From: Pseudomonas phage vB_PaeM_GXNNA8
Sequence record: PV400810.1
Reading direction: 5' to 3' (one strand)
DNA length: 64,000 bases
In this document: positions 20,236-30,130 of the stretch, one piece after another
Layout: every line of letters begins with the position of its first letter
How positions within the stretch are numbered: position 1 is the stretch's first letter
The notes under the pieces: model-generated
What the model was told of the DNA's origin: nothing
What the model saw: only the letters and a program-made list of their open reading frames with translations
The model's database searches: none
Position numbers and translations under genes: made by a program

Positions 20236-21747
20236 TCACTCTTTATCAGTACTTCGTCCTAACTCCGCCAAGGTTAACACCCGAAGGTTAGCAATCGCCG
20301 ACGTATGGATATAGATAAACTCATCCGTCTCCACAATCGTCGCGTACCGCAAACCTTCCTTGTTACGGGTGTCCGTCACACACCATACCTTAACTTTAGG
20401 GTCCGTAATCGAATTAAAAGCGTTTCGATCCGGGGTGTCGTACCCAATGGACAGCTTGATGGTTACCGGCTTAATTGCACTGGGATGAGTGACCTTTAAA
20501 CTGATCGTTTCCCGAGTCTGGGTAAAGGCTGGATCCAGCTTAAGTTTCTCCACCCCTTTTCCATTGACTTCCTTCTGGTAAATCAAATCCGTGATAATGT
20601 AGAACGTCAGATACCCATAGCGGTTCTCGGTATCCTTGTTCATAAACCCTTCAAACAGAATATCCATCCCAATTAAGAAATCCCTGATCCGATACGACAT
20701 CAATACCGGTGAGATCAGTTCAATCAGAACTGGTTTCGTATTCTGTTTGGTGAAAGGGGAGATCAGTTCCTTTTCCTTAGGAACCCCTGGGAAACGATCC
20801 ACTAACCGCGCCACGTCCTTGGTGACAATGTGGTTCAGATCCCCTGCTGACAAATACCCCTCGGGATTGGCAATCCGTTGTACCGTAAAGTCAAACAACT
20901 TATCCAGTAAACGAAGGGGTTGTTTGGTGTAGAGCTTAGAATAGGTCACATCCGGGGTGAGCTTACCGTAGTACGTTTTATCCCGTTCGACCTTACCAAA
21001 CCCGTACACCCGATACCCGTGTTGTTCTTTATAGAACGCTTCAGGATCCAAGGTATTGAAATACCACCGAGAGGCACTGACGATCTTGTTGAATTCCACC
21101 TCTGGGTTTTCATATTCCTTACGGGAAACCACTTCCAAGTTAGTTTCCTTCTTAAACCCAAACAGACTGATTGTTTCAGCAAGGTCCCTTTGTTTGGAGG
21201 CTTCCTTATTCCCTTGACCCCCTTCTGCAACGCCTGGGAAATCGAAGACTACCCGACGGTCTGTTTGACTGGCTATTTCCAAGCAGGTGAGGATGTCTAA
21301 CAACACCGCTCGCTCCGTTGCACTTAAAACCAGTCTTCCGAGTTTGAACTCTTCAGTGGCTTCGACGTTCTCCTTATCCACCTTACTCAAGGCTTCCAAG
21401 ACTTTGTGTTCGGTAATGATACACAGGTTCTTCAGGATGGGATCGGTGGTAAGGGCGTTCAGGACTTCCCAATATCCCTTCAAGAGGGCTTCCAGCTCAC
21501 TCTCCGCATTCACTACGGTCAACGACACAATATCCCGAATCGTTACAGCCGTGTTGGTCTTCTGAGGATTACCGGTGTAATACCCCGCTGACGTCGGGAC
21601 ATCCTTGGCCAGCTTACGCTTACCTTCTTGTTGGATATCGTAAGAATACCCATGACCACCCAGGAAGTAGCTGTTTTTCTTTAACTTGCTGTTATGCCCC
21701 ACCAGGAGGTACATAACCCAGTTGACAGACGGTGTGATGGCTTCCAT
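20236..21747 (-). CDS. Hypothetical protein (503 aa)
   Basis: Long ORF. No recognisable motif. Confidence 0.65.
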   Translation of the reverse strand: MEAITPSVNWVMYLLVGHNSKLKKNSYFLGGHGYSYDIQQEGKRKLAKDVPTSAGYYTGNPQKTNTAVTIRDIVSLTVVNAESELEALLKGYWEVLNALTTDPILKNLCIITEHKVLEALSKVDKENVEATEEFKLGRLVLSATERAVLLDILTCLEIASQTDRRVVFDFPGVAEGGQGNKEASKQRDLAETISLFGFKKETNLEVVSRKEYENPEVEFNKIVSASRWYFNTLDPEAFYKEQHGYRVYGFGKVERDKTYYGKLTPDVTYSKLYTKQPLRLLDKLFDFTVQRIANPEGYLSAGDLNHIVTKDVARLVDRFPGVPKEKELISPFTKQNTKPVLIELISPVLMSYRIRDFLIGMDILFEGFMNKDTENRYGYLTFYIITDLIYQKEVNGKGVEKLKLDPAFTQTRETISLKVTHPSAIKPVTIKLSIGYDTPDRNAFNSITDPKVKVWCVTDTRNKEGLRYATIVETDEFIYIHTSAIANLRVLTLAELGRSTDKE

Positions 21748-21813
21748 TACGTTAACTCATTCTAGTAGGTGCGTGCACATGGGATACACATCCTTGTGGA
21801 ATTTAACCGGTCC

Positions 21814-22269
21814 CTATTGCGTGCATTTTCTTAACAGCATTTGGTTATTATTTTGTAGAATCTTGTTCTCTTCAAGGACCTTAAGTAGGTGTTCCTTAAG
21901 TACCTTGTTTTCAGCCGTCGCAGTAATGGTTCGTTTCGACAAGATGATATTTTGATTCTTGACACTGTCTAGTTGTCGACTCAACGCATCATTGATACGA
22001 ATGAACTCTTTTAGAGGACCCCCTTCCCCCGCGGTAGGGTCGAAGAGCATATTAATCTTAGCCAGACCAATTTCAGCATCTGCCAGATCCATACGCAGGT
22101 TGAGGTTGTTACTCAACAACGCAAACAAACCAAATAGTAGCAGGGCAATAGTGAGTACTGAAACTTTAAGGGCTTTGCTCAGTTGGTCTTCAGCAGATTC
22201 CCCTTTGAAGAATTTAAGAACGAATTCTATGAATCTATCCGCCATCTCCTTTGCAATACCTAAAACCAT
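21814..22269 (-). CDS. Hypothetical membrane/coiled-coil protein (about 151 aa; start moved to the internal ATG)
   Basis: The ORF track gives 21814-22347. The ATG at 22269 has AAGGA 7 nt upstream and removes the overlap with the divergent gene. One predicted TM helix (VSVLTIALLLFGLFALLSN). Confidence 0.55.
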   Translation of the reverse strand: MVLGIAKEMADRFIEFVLKFFKGESAEDQLSKALKVSVLTIALLLFGLFALLSNNLNLRMDLADAEIGLAKINMLFDPTAGEGGPLKEFIRINDALSRQLDSVKNQNIILSKRTITATAENKVLKEHLLKVLEENKILQNNNQMLLRKCTQ

Positions 22270-22302
22270 GGGCGTATTCCTTACATCAACGGTGAGCCAA
22301 TC

Positions 22303-23649
22303 ATGAGTACCACGTTCCTTTCTTTCGCAAGTATAGCAAAGCTTCACGACAACAGTCTACTCACAACCTCCCCTATTGGCGAGCTGTCGAACAAGTCCAA
22401 TAGTTACGCCAAAGACCCGGGTAAGTTTACCCTGGCTGCGAACAGTCCCAGTGCAACCGTATTGGTCAATTTCTATTCCGAAACCGATGGAACAGAGATT
22501 GTTATGCCGCAAGCGATTGCTGAAGCTCAAATCGGTGTGTCCAACTGGTTGTATGAACAAGCTCTTAGTGGGAAAGTCACTGACAGTCGTCCTAACACCC
22601 TTGCGCTACTCAAAGCCCAATTCACCACCAGTGTTGTGATTGAAGACGTTGGTGAAATGGTCACCAATAATACGATCTGGCTACCGAGCTTTGTTCGTGG
22701 CTATCATGTCGTGGGTGGTGATAAGCAGCCGTTCTACTTGTGGATGGCTGACGCGTACTTCCTGATCCAATATCCCCGTGTTCAGTTTACGATTATCCAC
22801 CCCATCCCGTTAAACGAGATGGACGACCTGATGACCATGAACTACCAGCAGATTGCTGAACGGTTCGCACGGGAAACCCCGACGGTCATCGCGCAACGTG
22901 AACATGAAGCGACTCGGAATGCAGGCTGGCCCTATACAGAGCGCAACGTCGAAGAATTCCAGATACTTGACCTGGTTAACACCGGCAAGTTCAACATGGG
23001 GTACTGGTCTATCCTGTCCTGGGGTAATGGTACCGAGGCGGAAGATCAGCTCTACGAACAGATTCAAGATGAAATCCTGAAAGATTCGAAGTATCCCCGT
23101 GAAGATTGGGAAGAAAAGATCCCCGATCTCTTCAACCCGCTGGAGTTCTATGCCATCCCCCGTTTCGACATGATTGGGATTGTAGACCGCACCACCGGTG
23201 CTAGCTCGTTCTCCCCCATTGTCGATCGTGAGACTGAAATCGATATTGCCAAGCAGTACTTGGTCCCAACAATACCAGAAGACTTCATCATAAAATCCTT
23301 CCAAACCCTACCCATGCTGTATAAATCGATTCAGATTGGGTTTGTGGCTAAAAAGAACAATCGTCAAGGGATGCAGAAGATTCGTTCAATTGTTCCCCAG
23401 TACCAATTGATCCCCTCCCTGGATCCTGATTTTGGATCCATGGGTGAGGCCACCATGGCGTTTATCCGTGGAATGGAGGACTTGGTAGCAGCCGCTGAAG
23501 TAGTTACACCGTTCTCTTTGCTGCCTCCCGGGGTTACCCGTCTGACTCGTTTGGATAAGGTCTGTGTGGGCAAGCGTATTGGTAAAGTGAAATACGTGAT
23601 GTTCACGCGCTGGCAAATGATTCAAGACGGGATTGTAAAGGAGGATTAA
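22303..23649 (+). CDS. Hypothetical protein (448 aa)
   Basis: Long ORF. A possible promoter-like element (CCTTACATCAA) lies 25 bp upstream. Confidence 0.65.
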   Translation: MSTTFLSFASIAKLHDNSLLTTSPIGELSNKSNSYAKDPGKFTLAANSPSATVLVNFYSETDGTEIVMPQAIAEAQIGVSNWLYEQALSGKVTDSRPNTLALLKAQFTTSVVIEDVGEMVTNNTIWLPSFVRGYHVVGGDKQPFYLWMADAYFLIQYPRVQFTIIHPIPLNEMDDLMTMNYQQIAERFARETPTVIAQREHEATRNAGWPYTERNVEEFQILDLVNTGKFNMGYWSILSWGNGTEAEDQLYEQIQDEILKDSKYPREDWEEKIPDLFNPLEFYAIPRFDMIGIVDRTTGASSFSPIVDRETEIDIAKQYLVPTIPEDFIIKSFQTLPMLYKSIQIGFVAKKNNRQGMQKIRSIVPQYQLIPSLDPDFGSMGEATMAFIRGMEDLVAAAEVVTPFSLLPPGVTRLTRLDKVCVGKRIGKVKYVMFTRWQMIQDGIVKED

Positions 23650-23652
23650 TGA

Positions 23653-24285
23653 ATGGCTGAGCAAAACATCATCCCAGCCATTGGTGCAGCCGGACGGTTT
23701 GAAGCCATCGCGCCCTTCTCAACTGTGGTGAATCCCAATACGTTCTACACCGTAGAGGCCACTCGAACGATACCTGAAATGCAGGGATTGAAGATTAAGA
23801 TCTACGAGCGGGTCTTTAAACCCATTGGACTCAGCGAAGCAGATTACCCTGCGGTACTGGAAAAGGCGATCAGTGAAAACGCCGTGGTGGTGTCGTTAAT
23901 ACCGCGGAGTGGTCCTCCGGTCTATGTACTGACCACCTACCTGAAGAGTTTTCCATTGGTAGACGGGTATTCGTACGAACGCATGTGTATTGTCACCGAC
24001 TGCGGTGCATTACCCCCTGAGATGAAGGATAACCTTGTCTTGGCGATGCAACATTTCGATACCTACATCAAAGCCCATTTCGGAGTGGAAGGGAAATCCA
24101 CTTTGGGAACTGTGCCGGTGATTGGGTATGTCTCGAAGAATGAGCATGATGTGTTCGAAACCACCCGCAAGAATACGATCACGGATGACAGTAATGATTT
24201 GTCTCGTATTCGAGATCTGGAAGCGGCCTTAGTGGCCAGGGATGAATACATTAAGGATCTAGAGTCCCGGTTGGGGGTACCGTAA
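23653..24285 (+). CDS. Hypothetical protein (210 aa)
   Basis: ORF 3 nt after the previous stop. Terminator at 24295-24324. Confidence 0.65.
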   Translation: MAEQNIIPAIGAAGRFEAIAPFSTVVNPNTFYTVEATRTIPEMQGLKIKIYERVFKPIGLSEADYPAVLEKAISENAVVVSLIPRSGPPVYVLTTYLKSFPLVDGYSYERMCIVTDCGALPPEMKDNLVLAMQHFDTYIKAHFGVEGKSTLGTVPVIGYVSKNEHDVFETTRKNTITDDSNDLSRIRDLEAALVARDEYIKDLESRLGVP

Positions 24286-24294
24286 TACTGACTA

Positions 24295-24324
24295 CTCCAG
24301 GAGAGCCGTTGGGCTCTCCTGGAG
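24295..24324. terminator. Bidirectional terminator between 23653-24285 (+) and 24339-25505 (-)
   Basis: CTCCAGGAGAGCC-GTTG-GGCTCTCCTGGAG. Confidence 0.65.
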
Positions 24325-24338
24325 TATAGTCGTTTTCG

Positions 24339-25505
24339 TTATTTAACTCGACGAATCGAGCCGATCGAGTATCCGTCACTGAGGTCAGCAGGCACCACGT
24401 AGTGATACGGACGGATGACTTCCGTGTGGTTCAAATCCATCAGGAAACCCGTCAGGATATCAACAAAACTCTCCGTGTACCGATTAAGTACGCACTCAAT
24501 AAAGTCAACCGATTCATCCGTGATCTTAACCGGCTCACTTCCATCCAGTGGATAACTCCACACGAACCAACTGTTCACATCCAACCCGAAGGGAACGTCT
24601 GTGGTGGCTTTATAGGCGTACAAGCGCTCCAGGATCTCGTTAGCCGCCTTATCCAACCATTCCTTACCATGCACACTGTTGAAAGGATAAATGCGTTTAC
24701 TGAAGTGACTGGCAGCAAATAGAAGGGTGCGGACTTCCTGCTCGAAGAGTGCTTTACCCGCGTCGGTCAGGTTCGCATGCTTGCGGTAATATTGAATCTG
24801 GCGGTTCACTTGATGTTCCAGTTCACCGATAGACTTAATAAGGTCCTTAATGTCCTGACGGTCATCGGGGTTATCGATCTCCAACGTTTCCCCTTCTCCG
24901 AGGGTAATCCCTTCTTTAGGGACTTCAGGGTAGACTTTATCAAACCGAACCGTAAAGTAAGAAAGGTCGTCTTTCTTGGTTTTGAACGTGAGGTAGAGGT
25001 CGTGGTCACGTTTACCTACCCATTCAACCAAATGGTTGCTTTTCTTGGTGATAACATCCACTGCATGACGGAGTTTATTGGAGAGTTTAATCACCAGTTT
25101 ATCCGTGGTTTTCAGATCATCTTGAAGCACATCATCAGCGGGGTGTTTAGCCGCGACCTGTAACCAACTACTGGGGAACTCTATAGAGACCCTCCCCATA
25201 CCCCCTACGATCTCTTCTGGAATGGTGAAGATTTCGTCATTGAAGAGGTATTGGGTCCACTTCTCGTTCAGTCGGAACGTGAGGGTACCGTTGTCACGGG
25301 TATACCGCACGTAGGCTTCTTCTTTACCTTCTTTATTGAGGGTAAAGAAGTAATGGATCTCGACATCCCCGAGGGTCAGCACATCTCGATATTCCGTTTC
25401 CCCTTCTACCCGTTGGCCTACCTCAACCAATTCTCCACCCCACAGGTGGTCGTATAGACGAGCCAGGTTGTTATAGCCCACGGATCCTACTTCTACTTGA
25501 CGCAT
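24339..25505 (-). CDS. Hypothetical protein (about 388 aa; start moved to ATG 25505)
   Basis: The ORF track starts at a TTG (25535). The first ATG (MRQVEVG...) at 25505 has GAAGGGG upstream. Confidence 0.6.
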   Translation of the reverse strand: MRQVEVGSVGYNNLARLYDHLWGGELVEVGQRVEGETEYRDVLTLGDVEIHYFFTLNKEGKEEAYVRYTRDNGTLTFRLNEKWTQYLFNDEIFTIPEEIVGGMGRVSIEFPSSWLQVAAKHPADDVLQDDLKTTDKLVIKLSNKLRHAVDVITKKSNHLVEWVGKRDHDLYLTFKTKKDDLSYFTVRFDKVYPEVPKEGITLGEGETLEIDNPDDRQDIKDLIKSIGELEHQVNRQIQYYRKHANLTDAGKALFEQEVRTLLFAASHFSKRIYPFNSVHGKEWLDKAANEILERLYAYKATTDVPFGLDVNSWFVWSYPLDGSEPVKITDESVDFIECVLNRYTESFVDILTGFLMDLNHTEVIRPYHYVVPADLSDGYSIGSIRRVK

Positions 25506-25534
25506 TTTAAACCCCTTCTTTAAGGACGACTTCA

Positions 25535-28357
25535 ATGTTAGGACTGTTTTCAGTTAAGATCAAACAAACGGGAGACTACGTACACATTACGGGTGTGTCC
25601 TATTACGATTTAGCCAAAGACATTGAGAAGTTCTACAGCACTTCTCTCTTAACGAAACATCAGATTCGACGCGAATCCTGGGACACCATTAAGGTGCATA
25701 ACTTCTTCCTGGTAGAATTGCACCACATTGTGGGGGAACTCCTCAAAATACGGAACCTTCGTACCCGCAGACGAGCGTTGAGTGAACTGAAGGAACTCAT
25801 TGAAACCGAGACCTGGATTAAAGATACGGTTAATCCGGGAGGTAAACCTTTTGATCTTAAGAAACTGAATCAATTTAATACGGTTCCTTTTCCTCAGCAG
25901 TTGGACTTCCTTCAGCAATACCCGATCATTGTGAACAGTTATCACTTGAAAGGGATGCTGCTGGATGCTAAACCAGGTTCAGGGAAAGCCATGCCACTCT
26001 CAACTCGGGTTAAGGTCCCGAATGGGTGGAAAGCCTTGGGTGACCTAAAGGTCAAGGATATCGTAGTGACCCCTGGAGGCGATACCGCGTGTGTGGAGAG
26101 TATTTACCCCCAGGGGATCACGGAAGTTTATCGCTTCTATTTCGAAGACGGTAGAACGGCTGACTCTCATCCGTATCATTTGTGGAAAACCACGGTGAAT
26201 GGGATCGATGAAATCTTAACCACGTTGGAAGTACTCCATAAAGCCCGTAAAGAGGATGTGTACTTCCCCTTAGTGGGTGAGATCAATGGATGCAACCCCC
26301 ATTGCGATACGTCTTCTGAAGTCGCTGCAAGGGAGCTGGTCAATACCGACGTTGTAATAGGGGACAACGTATTGGAGCTCCCGTATCGGGATCGCTTTAA
26401 TATAGTCACATCGGTGATTGAACACGTGGGGTGTTTAATCAGTGAATCCGTCTTATCCGCGTATCACGAGAACCGGATTGGGATGGAGAACTTCCGTCGG
26501 TTGATGTGGTCCATTGGAGGAACAGCTACGGAGCCGGTGTTGGTTAACGGTTTGTATAAGGTTGACTTTAAGCACCGAGACGTCGGCAAGATGATGACTG
26601 GGTTAATTGGAGACAATCCCCGTATTCAAGGAATGTATAACTTCTCCCAGTATGAAGACCTGCAACTGAAGCTGGCGTACTGGGAGAAAGTGGAGAATCA
26701 AGAGACTTGCTGCATTGCCTTGGATAATGACGAGAAGCTGTATGTGGTGGATGACTACATCGTGACCCACAATACCTTTACGTCCTTGGCGTGGTCTCAA
26801 TTGATCAATACGGCTCCGACGGTTGTCTTTTGCCCTATGAACATTGTGGATAAAGTCTGGGTAGAACAACCCCTCCAGCACTTTAAGGTTCCACCCCGTA
26901 TCTGGACCAGTATCAGCGGTAAGGTCTTAGAAGAAGGGTATGACTTCTACATCGTCCATTACGATTACATGACCAGTGGTATGGGGAAATACTTGGAGAA
27001 CTTCCTCATTACGCTGAGTAAGAAGCATAAAGGCGCTTTGAAGATGATTCTGGATGAATCCCAGAACTTCAATGACCCTAAAGCAGCCCGTACACGGAAG
27101 TTGATCGAATGGTGCGACATGGAACTGTTCGGGCATCACCTTCCGATGTCCGGGACCCCGCTAAAGGCTCAGGGGAGTGAGATCTTCCCAACGACCTGTA
27201 TGATCGATCCCTACTTCGATAAGAAGGCTCGGGAGTTCTTTATGGCGTCCTATGGTCGTAACCGTCCCTCGTTAATGGATTTACTGAGCCGACGTATCGG
27301 ACGTATGAAGTTTACGATCCCTGAACTGGTGGGATTGGGTGATCCTCCTCCTATGGAACTGGTTAAGGTGAAGATCCCGAATTCAGATCAATACACCTTG
27401 GATGCTATTCGCCTCCAAATGCAGATTTACATTGGAGAACGGATTGCGTTCTATACGAAGCATATGCCGAGCTTCCTGGAATTCTACAACGATGTTCTGA
27501 CGTCGTATGAATTGTCTATCCAGGGGAATGCTAAAGCGGTTGAGAATCTGGTGAAGTACAAACAGATTGTTCACCGGTTCAGAACCCGGGGGTACAACAG
27601 TTTTACGGATAACCAAGACAGTCAGTTCTGTAAGCGGGTGGAAGAAGACATCGAGAAGGGCCTTAAAGGGACCGCCCTGAAGGATTTCAGGAACATTAAG
27701 TCCGCGGTTAAGTACTTGGGTCTAAAACTGCGTGGAGAGGCCTTAGGGAACGTTTTAGGACGAGCCCGTATTAACGCTATTAAGGACACCATTGCGCACG
27801 CAGGACTCCCTGAGCTCATCGATAACGTGGAGAAGAAGACCCTGATCTTTACCTCCTACGTGGATGCCCTTAAACTCTGTGAGGAATACCTCACGAAGGT
27901 CGGGTATCCGAATGTGACAGTATACGGTGAAAACAGCGCCGAACGAGACGCCAATATCAAACGCTTTGAGAAAGACCCCACTCTCCGTGCGTTGATTGCG
28001 ATCTTTGATTCCCTGAAGGAAGGGTATCCCTTGATTATGGCGAACCTGACCATTCTGTTGAATGCGCCTTTCCGAGAGTATGAAGTGAAACAGGTCCAAG
28101 CCCGTACCTGGCGTACCGGTCAGGATGCTCCCTGTTACTTTAAACTCTTGGATATGGACACCGGGGATAAACTCAACATTATGACCCGCAGTATTAACAT
28201 CATGGAATGGTCTAAGGAACAAGTGGACATTCTCATGAGTAAAGAACAGGGTCATGAGTTGTTGGGTAATATCACCGGCCAAGAAATGTTTGATATGGGG
28301 GATGAACCTGAAACCCATTCTCTGTATACCTCCCGGAGTGTTCTTTCACTCTTTTAA
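25535..28357 (+). CDS. SNF2-family (SF2) DNA helicase/ATPase, interrupted by an intein in Walker A
   Basis: After conceptual intein removal, motif I reads AKPGSGK|TFTS (A-x4-GKT). Motif II ILDESQNF. SNF2-type motif III MSGTPLKAQGSEIFP. Motif VI QVQARTWRTGQD (QxxxRxxRxGQ). AAGGA SD 9 nt upstream. Confidence 0.85.
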   Translation: MLGLFSVKIKQTGDYVHITGVSYYDLAKDIEKFYSTSLLTKHQIRRESWDTIKVHNFFLVELHHIVGELLKIRNLRTRRRALSELKELIETETWIKDTVNPGGKPFDLKKLNQFNTVPFPQQLDFLQQYPIIVNSYHLKGMLLDAKPGSGKAMPLSTRVKVPNGWKALGDLKVKDIVVTPGGDTACVESIYPQGITEVYRFYFEDGRTADSHPYHLWKTTVNGIDEILTTLEVLHKARKEDVYFPLVGEINGCNPHCDTSSEVAARELVNTDVVIGDNVLELPYRDRFNIVTSVIEHVGCLISESVLSAYHENRIGMENFRRLMWSIGGTATEPVLVNGLYKVDFKHRDVGKMMTGLIGDNPRIQGMYNFSQYEDLQLKLAYWEKVENQETCCIALDNDEKLYVVDDYIVTHNTFTSLAWSQLINTAPTVVFCPMNIVDKVWVEQPLQHFKVPPRIWTSISGKVLEEGYDFYIVHYDYMTSGMGKYLENFLITLSKKHKGALKMILDESQNFNDPKAARTRKLIEWCDMELFGHHLPMSGTPLKAQGSEIFPTTCMIDPYFDKKAREFFMASYGRNRPSLMDLLSRRIGRMKFTIPELVGLGDPPPMELVKVKIPNSDQYTLDAIRLQMQIYIGERIAFYTKHMPSFLEFYNDVLTSYELSIQGNAKAVENLVKYKQIVHRFRTRGYNSFTDNQDSQFCKRVEEDIEKGLKGTALKDFRNIKSAVKYLGLKLRGEALGNVLGRARINAIKDTIAHAGLPELIDNVEKKTLIFTSYVDALKLCEEYLTKVGYPNVTVYGENSAERDANIKRFEKDPTLRALIAIFDSLKEGYPLIMANLTILLNAPFREYEVKQVQARTWRTGQDAPCYFKLLDMDTGDKLNIMTRSINIMEWSKEQVDILMSKEQGHELLGNITGQEMFDMGDEPETHSLYTSRSVLSLF
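25988..26773 (+). mobile_element. Intein (262 aa) inserted in the helicase P-loop; begins with Ala, ends HN, +1 residue Thr
   Basis: Splits GSGK|T. Block A AMPLSTRVKVPNGWKALGDL aligns with CLxGDTLVxxxDGxxxIxDL. Block B RTADSHPYHL (TxxHP). C-terminal YVVDDYIVTHN|T. Removal restores a canonical Walker A. Confidence 0.8.
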
Positions 28358-28374
28358 CCCTTAAGGAACAGATA

Positions 28375-29430
28375 ATGAATCAGCAAGCTGATACGGTTGA
28401 ATACGAAGACGAACTGATGGACGGTGTTCCAGAAATGGAACATATTGAGCAAGTACTCGATGGTCTTTCGGATACGGTCATGGGAACTGAAGGAATGGAC
28501 CTGACCGCGAATCAGCGTTACCTTCAGTCCGTTCTCCATACCGCGGGTTACCTGACCCGTAATGAAGTGGCGGGGAATGAGGGGTTCCTGTCGTCGATTG
28601 GCGAAGGGATTAAGAAAGCCTGGGAATACATCAAGAACCTGTTCAAGTCGATCTTCGGAAGTCTTTTCAAGAAGAACGTTAAAGACAAACTAGATAAGGT
28701 AGATGAATCCGCTAAGGCCGCTGAAAAGGCGATAGACGCCGTAGCGAATCCTAAGGTGACAACGACCAACGTAGGACCTGTTCTCCAAGAAGCCACCCAG
28801 ATCGCCAACAAGATCGAGGACCAAAGCGCTAAGGAGACCGTAGTTAAGAAACTTGACGACATTAAAGCCCTTCCGGTGGAACACCAACCTGAACAGACCA
28901 AGAAGGTGATCGAGGAAGTCTTTGAGTCCAGAATCATTTACAGCAGTCTAATGCGTAACCAGGTCACCAAACTGGAAGCCGCGGTGGCTCGTTTGAATGA
29001 GCGTAAAGCGAAGTACCAGAAACTGGCAGATGAAGGTGAGGATTCTGGCGTAGCGGACGGCATGGTTATTGGTATCCAGCAATACGTGAATGGACTTATC
29101 GGCCTGCCTAAAGTGACAACGATCAAAGACCTCAATTCCGCTAAGGAATTTGTCCGCAAAATCGGTCGTTGTGAAGAAGCAATGTCCAACAGTTGGGTGA
29201 GCATCTTTGAGACCCGCCGAGTACTGGAGAGCAAGATTGCCAAGGTGGAAGGTCAAATCAACCACTACAGTAACGACACCGATAAGGAAGCCCTCAATAA
29301 GCAACTCGATGAGCTGAAAGGACTGCTGAGTGGGGTGGTCGAGGTGGATAAGATCACCGAGACGGTGGCAGCTACGATGATCGGCATCACCGAACTGGTC
29401 AGATCGTCGTGTGTTACCAAAGTGAAGTAA
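28375..29430 (+). CDS. Hypothetical coiled-coil protein (351 aa)
   Basis: ORF 18 nt after the helicase stop. K/E-rich heptad-like sequence. Terminator at 29450-29482. Confidence 0.65.
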   Translation: MNQQADTVEYEDELMDGVPEMEHIEQVLDGLSDTVMGTEGMDLTANQRYLQSVLHTAGYLTRNEVAGNEGFLSSIGEGIKKAWEYIKNLFKSIFGSLFKKNVKDKLDKVDESAKAAEKAIDAVANPKVTTTNVGPVLQEATQIANKIEDQSAKETVVKKLDDIKALPVEHQPEQTKKVIEEVFESRIIYSSLMRNQVTKLEAAVARLNERKAKYQKLADEGEDSGVADGMVIGIQQYVNGLIGLPKVTTIKDLNSAKEFVRKIGRCEEAMSNSWVSIFETRRVLESKIAKVEGQINHYSNDTDKEALNKQLDELKGLLSGVVEVDKITETVAATMIGITELVRSSCVTKVK

Positions 29431-29449
29431 ACAAAAATAAAGAGATTAA

Positions 29450-29482
29450 CCCCTACCCAGCCGAAAAGGGCTGGGTAGGGGT
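29450..29482. terminator. Bidirectional terminator between 28375-29430 (+) and the GC-rich minus island
   Basis: ACCCCTACCCAGCC-GAAAAG-GGCTGGGTAGGGGT. Confidence 0.65.
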
Positions 29483-29493
29483 ATACAACGCTT

Positions 29494-29694
29494 TTAATCG
29501 AAAGAGACCGGTTGGGGGATCAGGTCTTCTTTCTCAGGTCGAAAGGGTTCTGCGTAACCCACCGAGTTTTCACCGGGGAGGGTGAGTGTCCACAACATGG
29601 GCTCATCGTCGGGCCCTATCCCCGCAAACCCGATTTTGTTCTGCAAAGGAACACTGGGTTTCTTTTCCTTATCCGAGTTCTCGAAACGAGTCAT
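29494..29694 (-). CDS. Small hypothetical protein (about 66 aa), coupled to the RHH gene
   Basis: The ATG at 29694 lies 1 nt after the TGA of 29696-30052 (TGAtATG). The ORF-track version starts further upstream inside the RHH gene. Confidence 0.4.
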   Translation of the reverse strand: MTRFENSDKEKKPSVPLQNKIGFAGIGPDDEPMLWTLTLPGENSVGYAEPFRPEKEDLIPQPVSFD

Positions 29695-29695
29695 A

Positions 29696-30052
29696 TCAAA
29701 CAATCTCCCATAACGAATAAATATCCTCTCCCTCACAGGTTTTTGCCCGGATCTTTAATCCAGTCGGTGTCGGTATCAATTCAGTCACCACACCTGGGAG
29801 CCCTTCAACCCGAACAGGGTCACCTACCGATGGAATAGTCCTTATTTGGGTTCCACCTGTGTTCCCACTGGCTATCGCAGCCTGTATGAGCATGATAAAT
29901 TCAGCATTCATACTCCGCCCATTGGCCGTTGCGCGTTCGCTAACCTTATCGCGTAGCTCAACTGGCATCCATAATACAAACTTATCGGCCGTTCGACTGT
30001 TACCTTTCAGAACACCTTTCATCGCTTTCTTGACTTGACTCATAGATAACAT
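29696..30052 (-). CDS. Arc/MetJ-type ribbon-helix-helix DNA-binding protein with a C-terminal extension
   Basis: FVLWMPVELRDKVSERATANGRSMNAEFIMLIQAAIA matches P22 Arc (FNLRWPREVLDLVRKVAEENGRSVNSEIYQRVMESF). Promoter motif 58 bp upstream. Confidence 0.7.
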   Translation of the reverse strand: MLSMSQVKKAMKGVLKGNSRTADKFVLWMPVELRDKVSERATANGRSMNAEFIMLIQAAIASGNTGGTQIRTIPSVGDPVRVEGLPGVVTELIPTPTGLKIRAKTCEGEDIYSLWEIV

Positions 30053-30110
30053 CCTTTGTGTTTATTCGGTCTTAAAAATAGGAAGGCAACCACGCCTTAA
30101 TATACACAAA

Positions 30111-30130
30111 GGTAATATAGACCTGATTAC
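30111..30130 (-). promoter_or_regulatory. Promoter-like motif GGTAATATAGACCTGATTAC (minus sense GTAATCAGGTCTATATTACC), 58 bp upstream of the RHH gene
   Basis: Near-identical copy at 31399-31418. Confidence 0.55.

Noticed and set aside
29494-30052. RHH protein plus downstream small ORF as a classical type II toxin-antitoxin pair
   Set aside because: The downstream 66-aa product is proline/glycine-rich low complexity and has no RelE/ParE/MazF-like features. I kept it only as a coupled small ORF.
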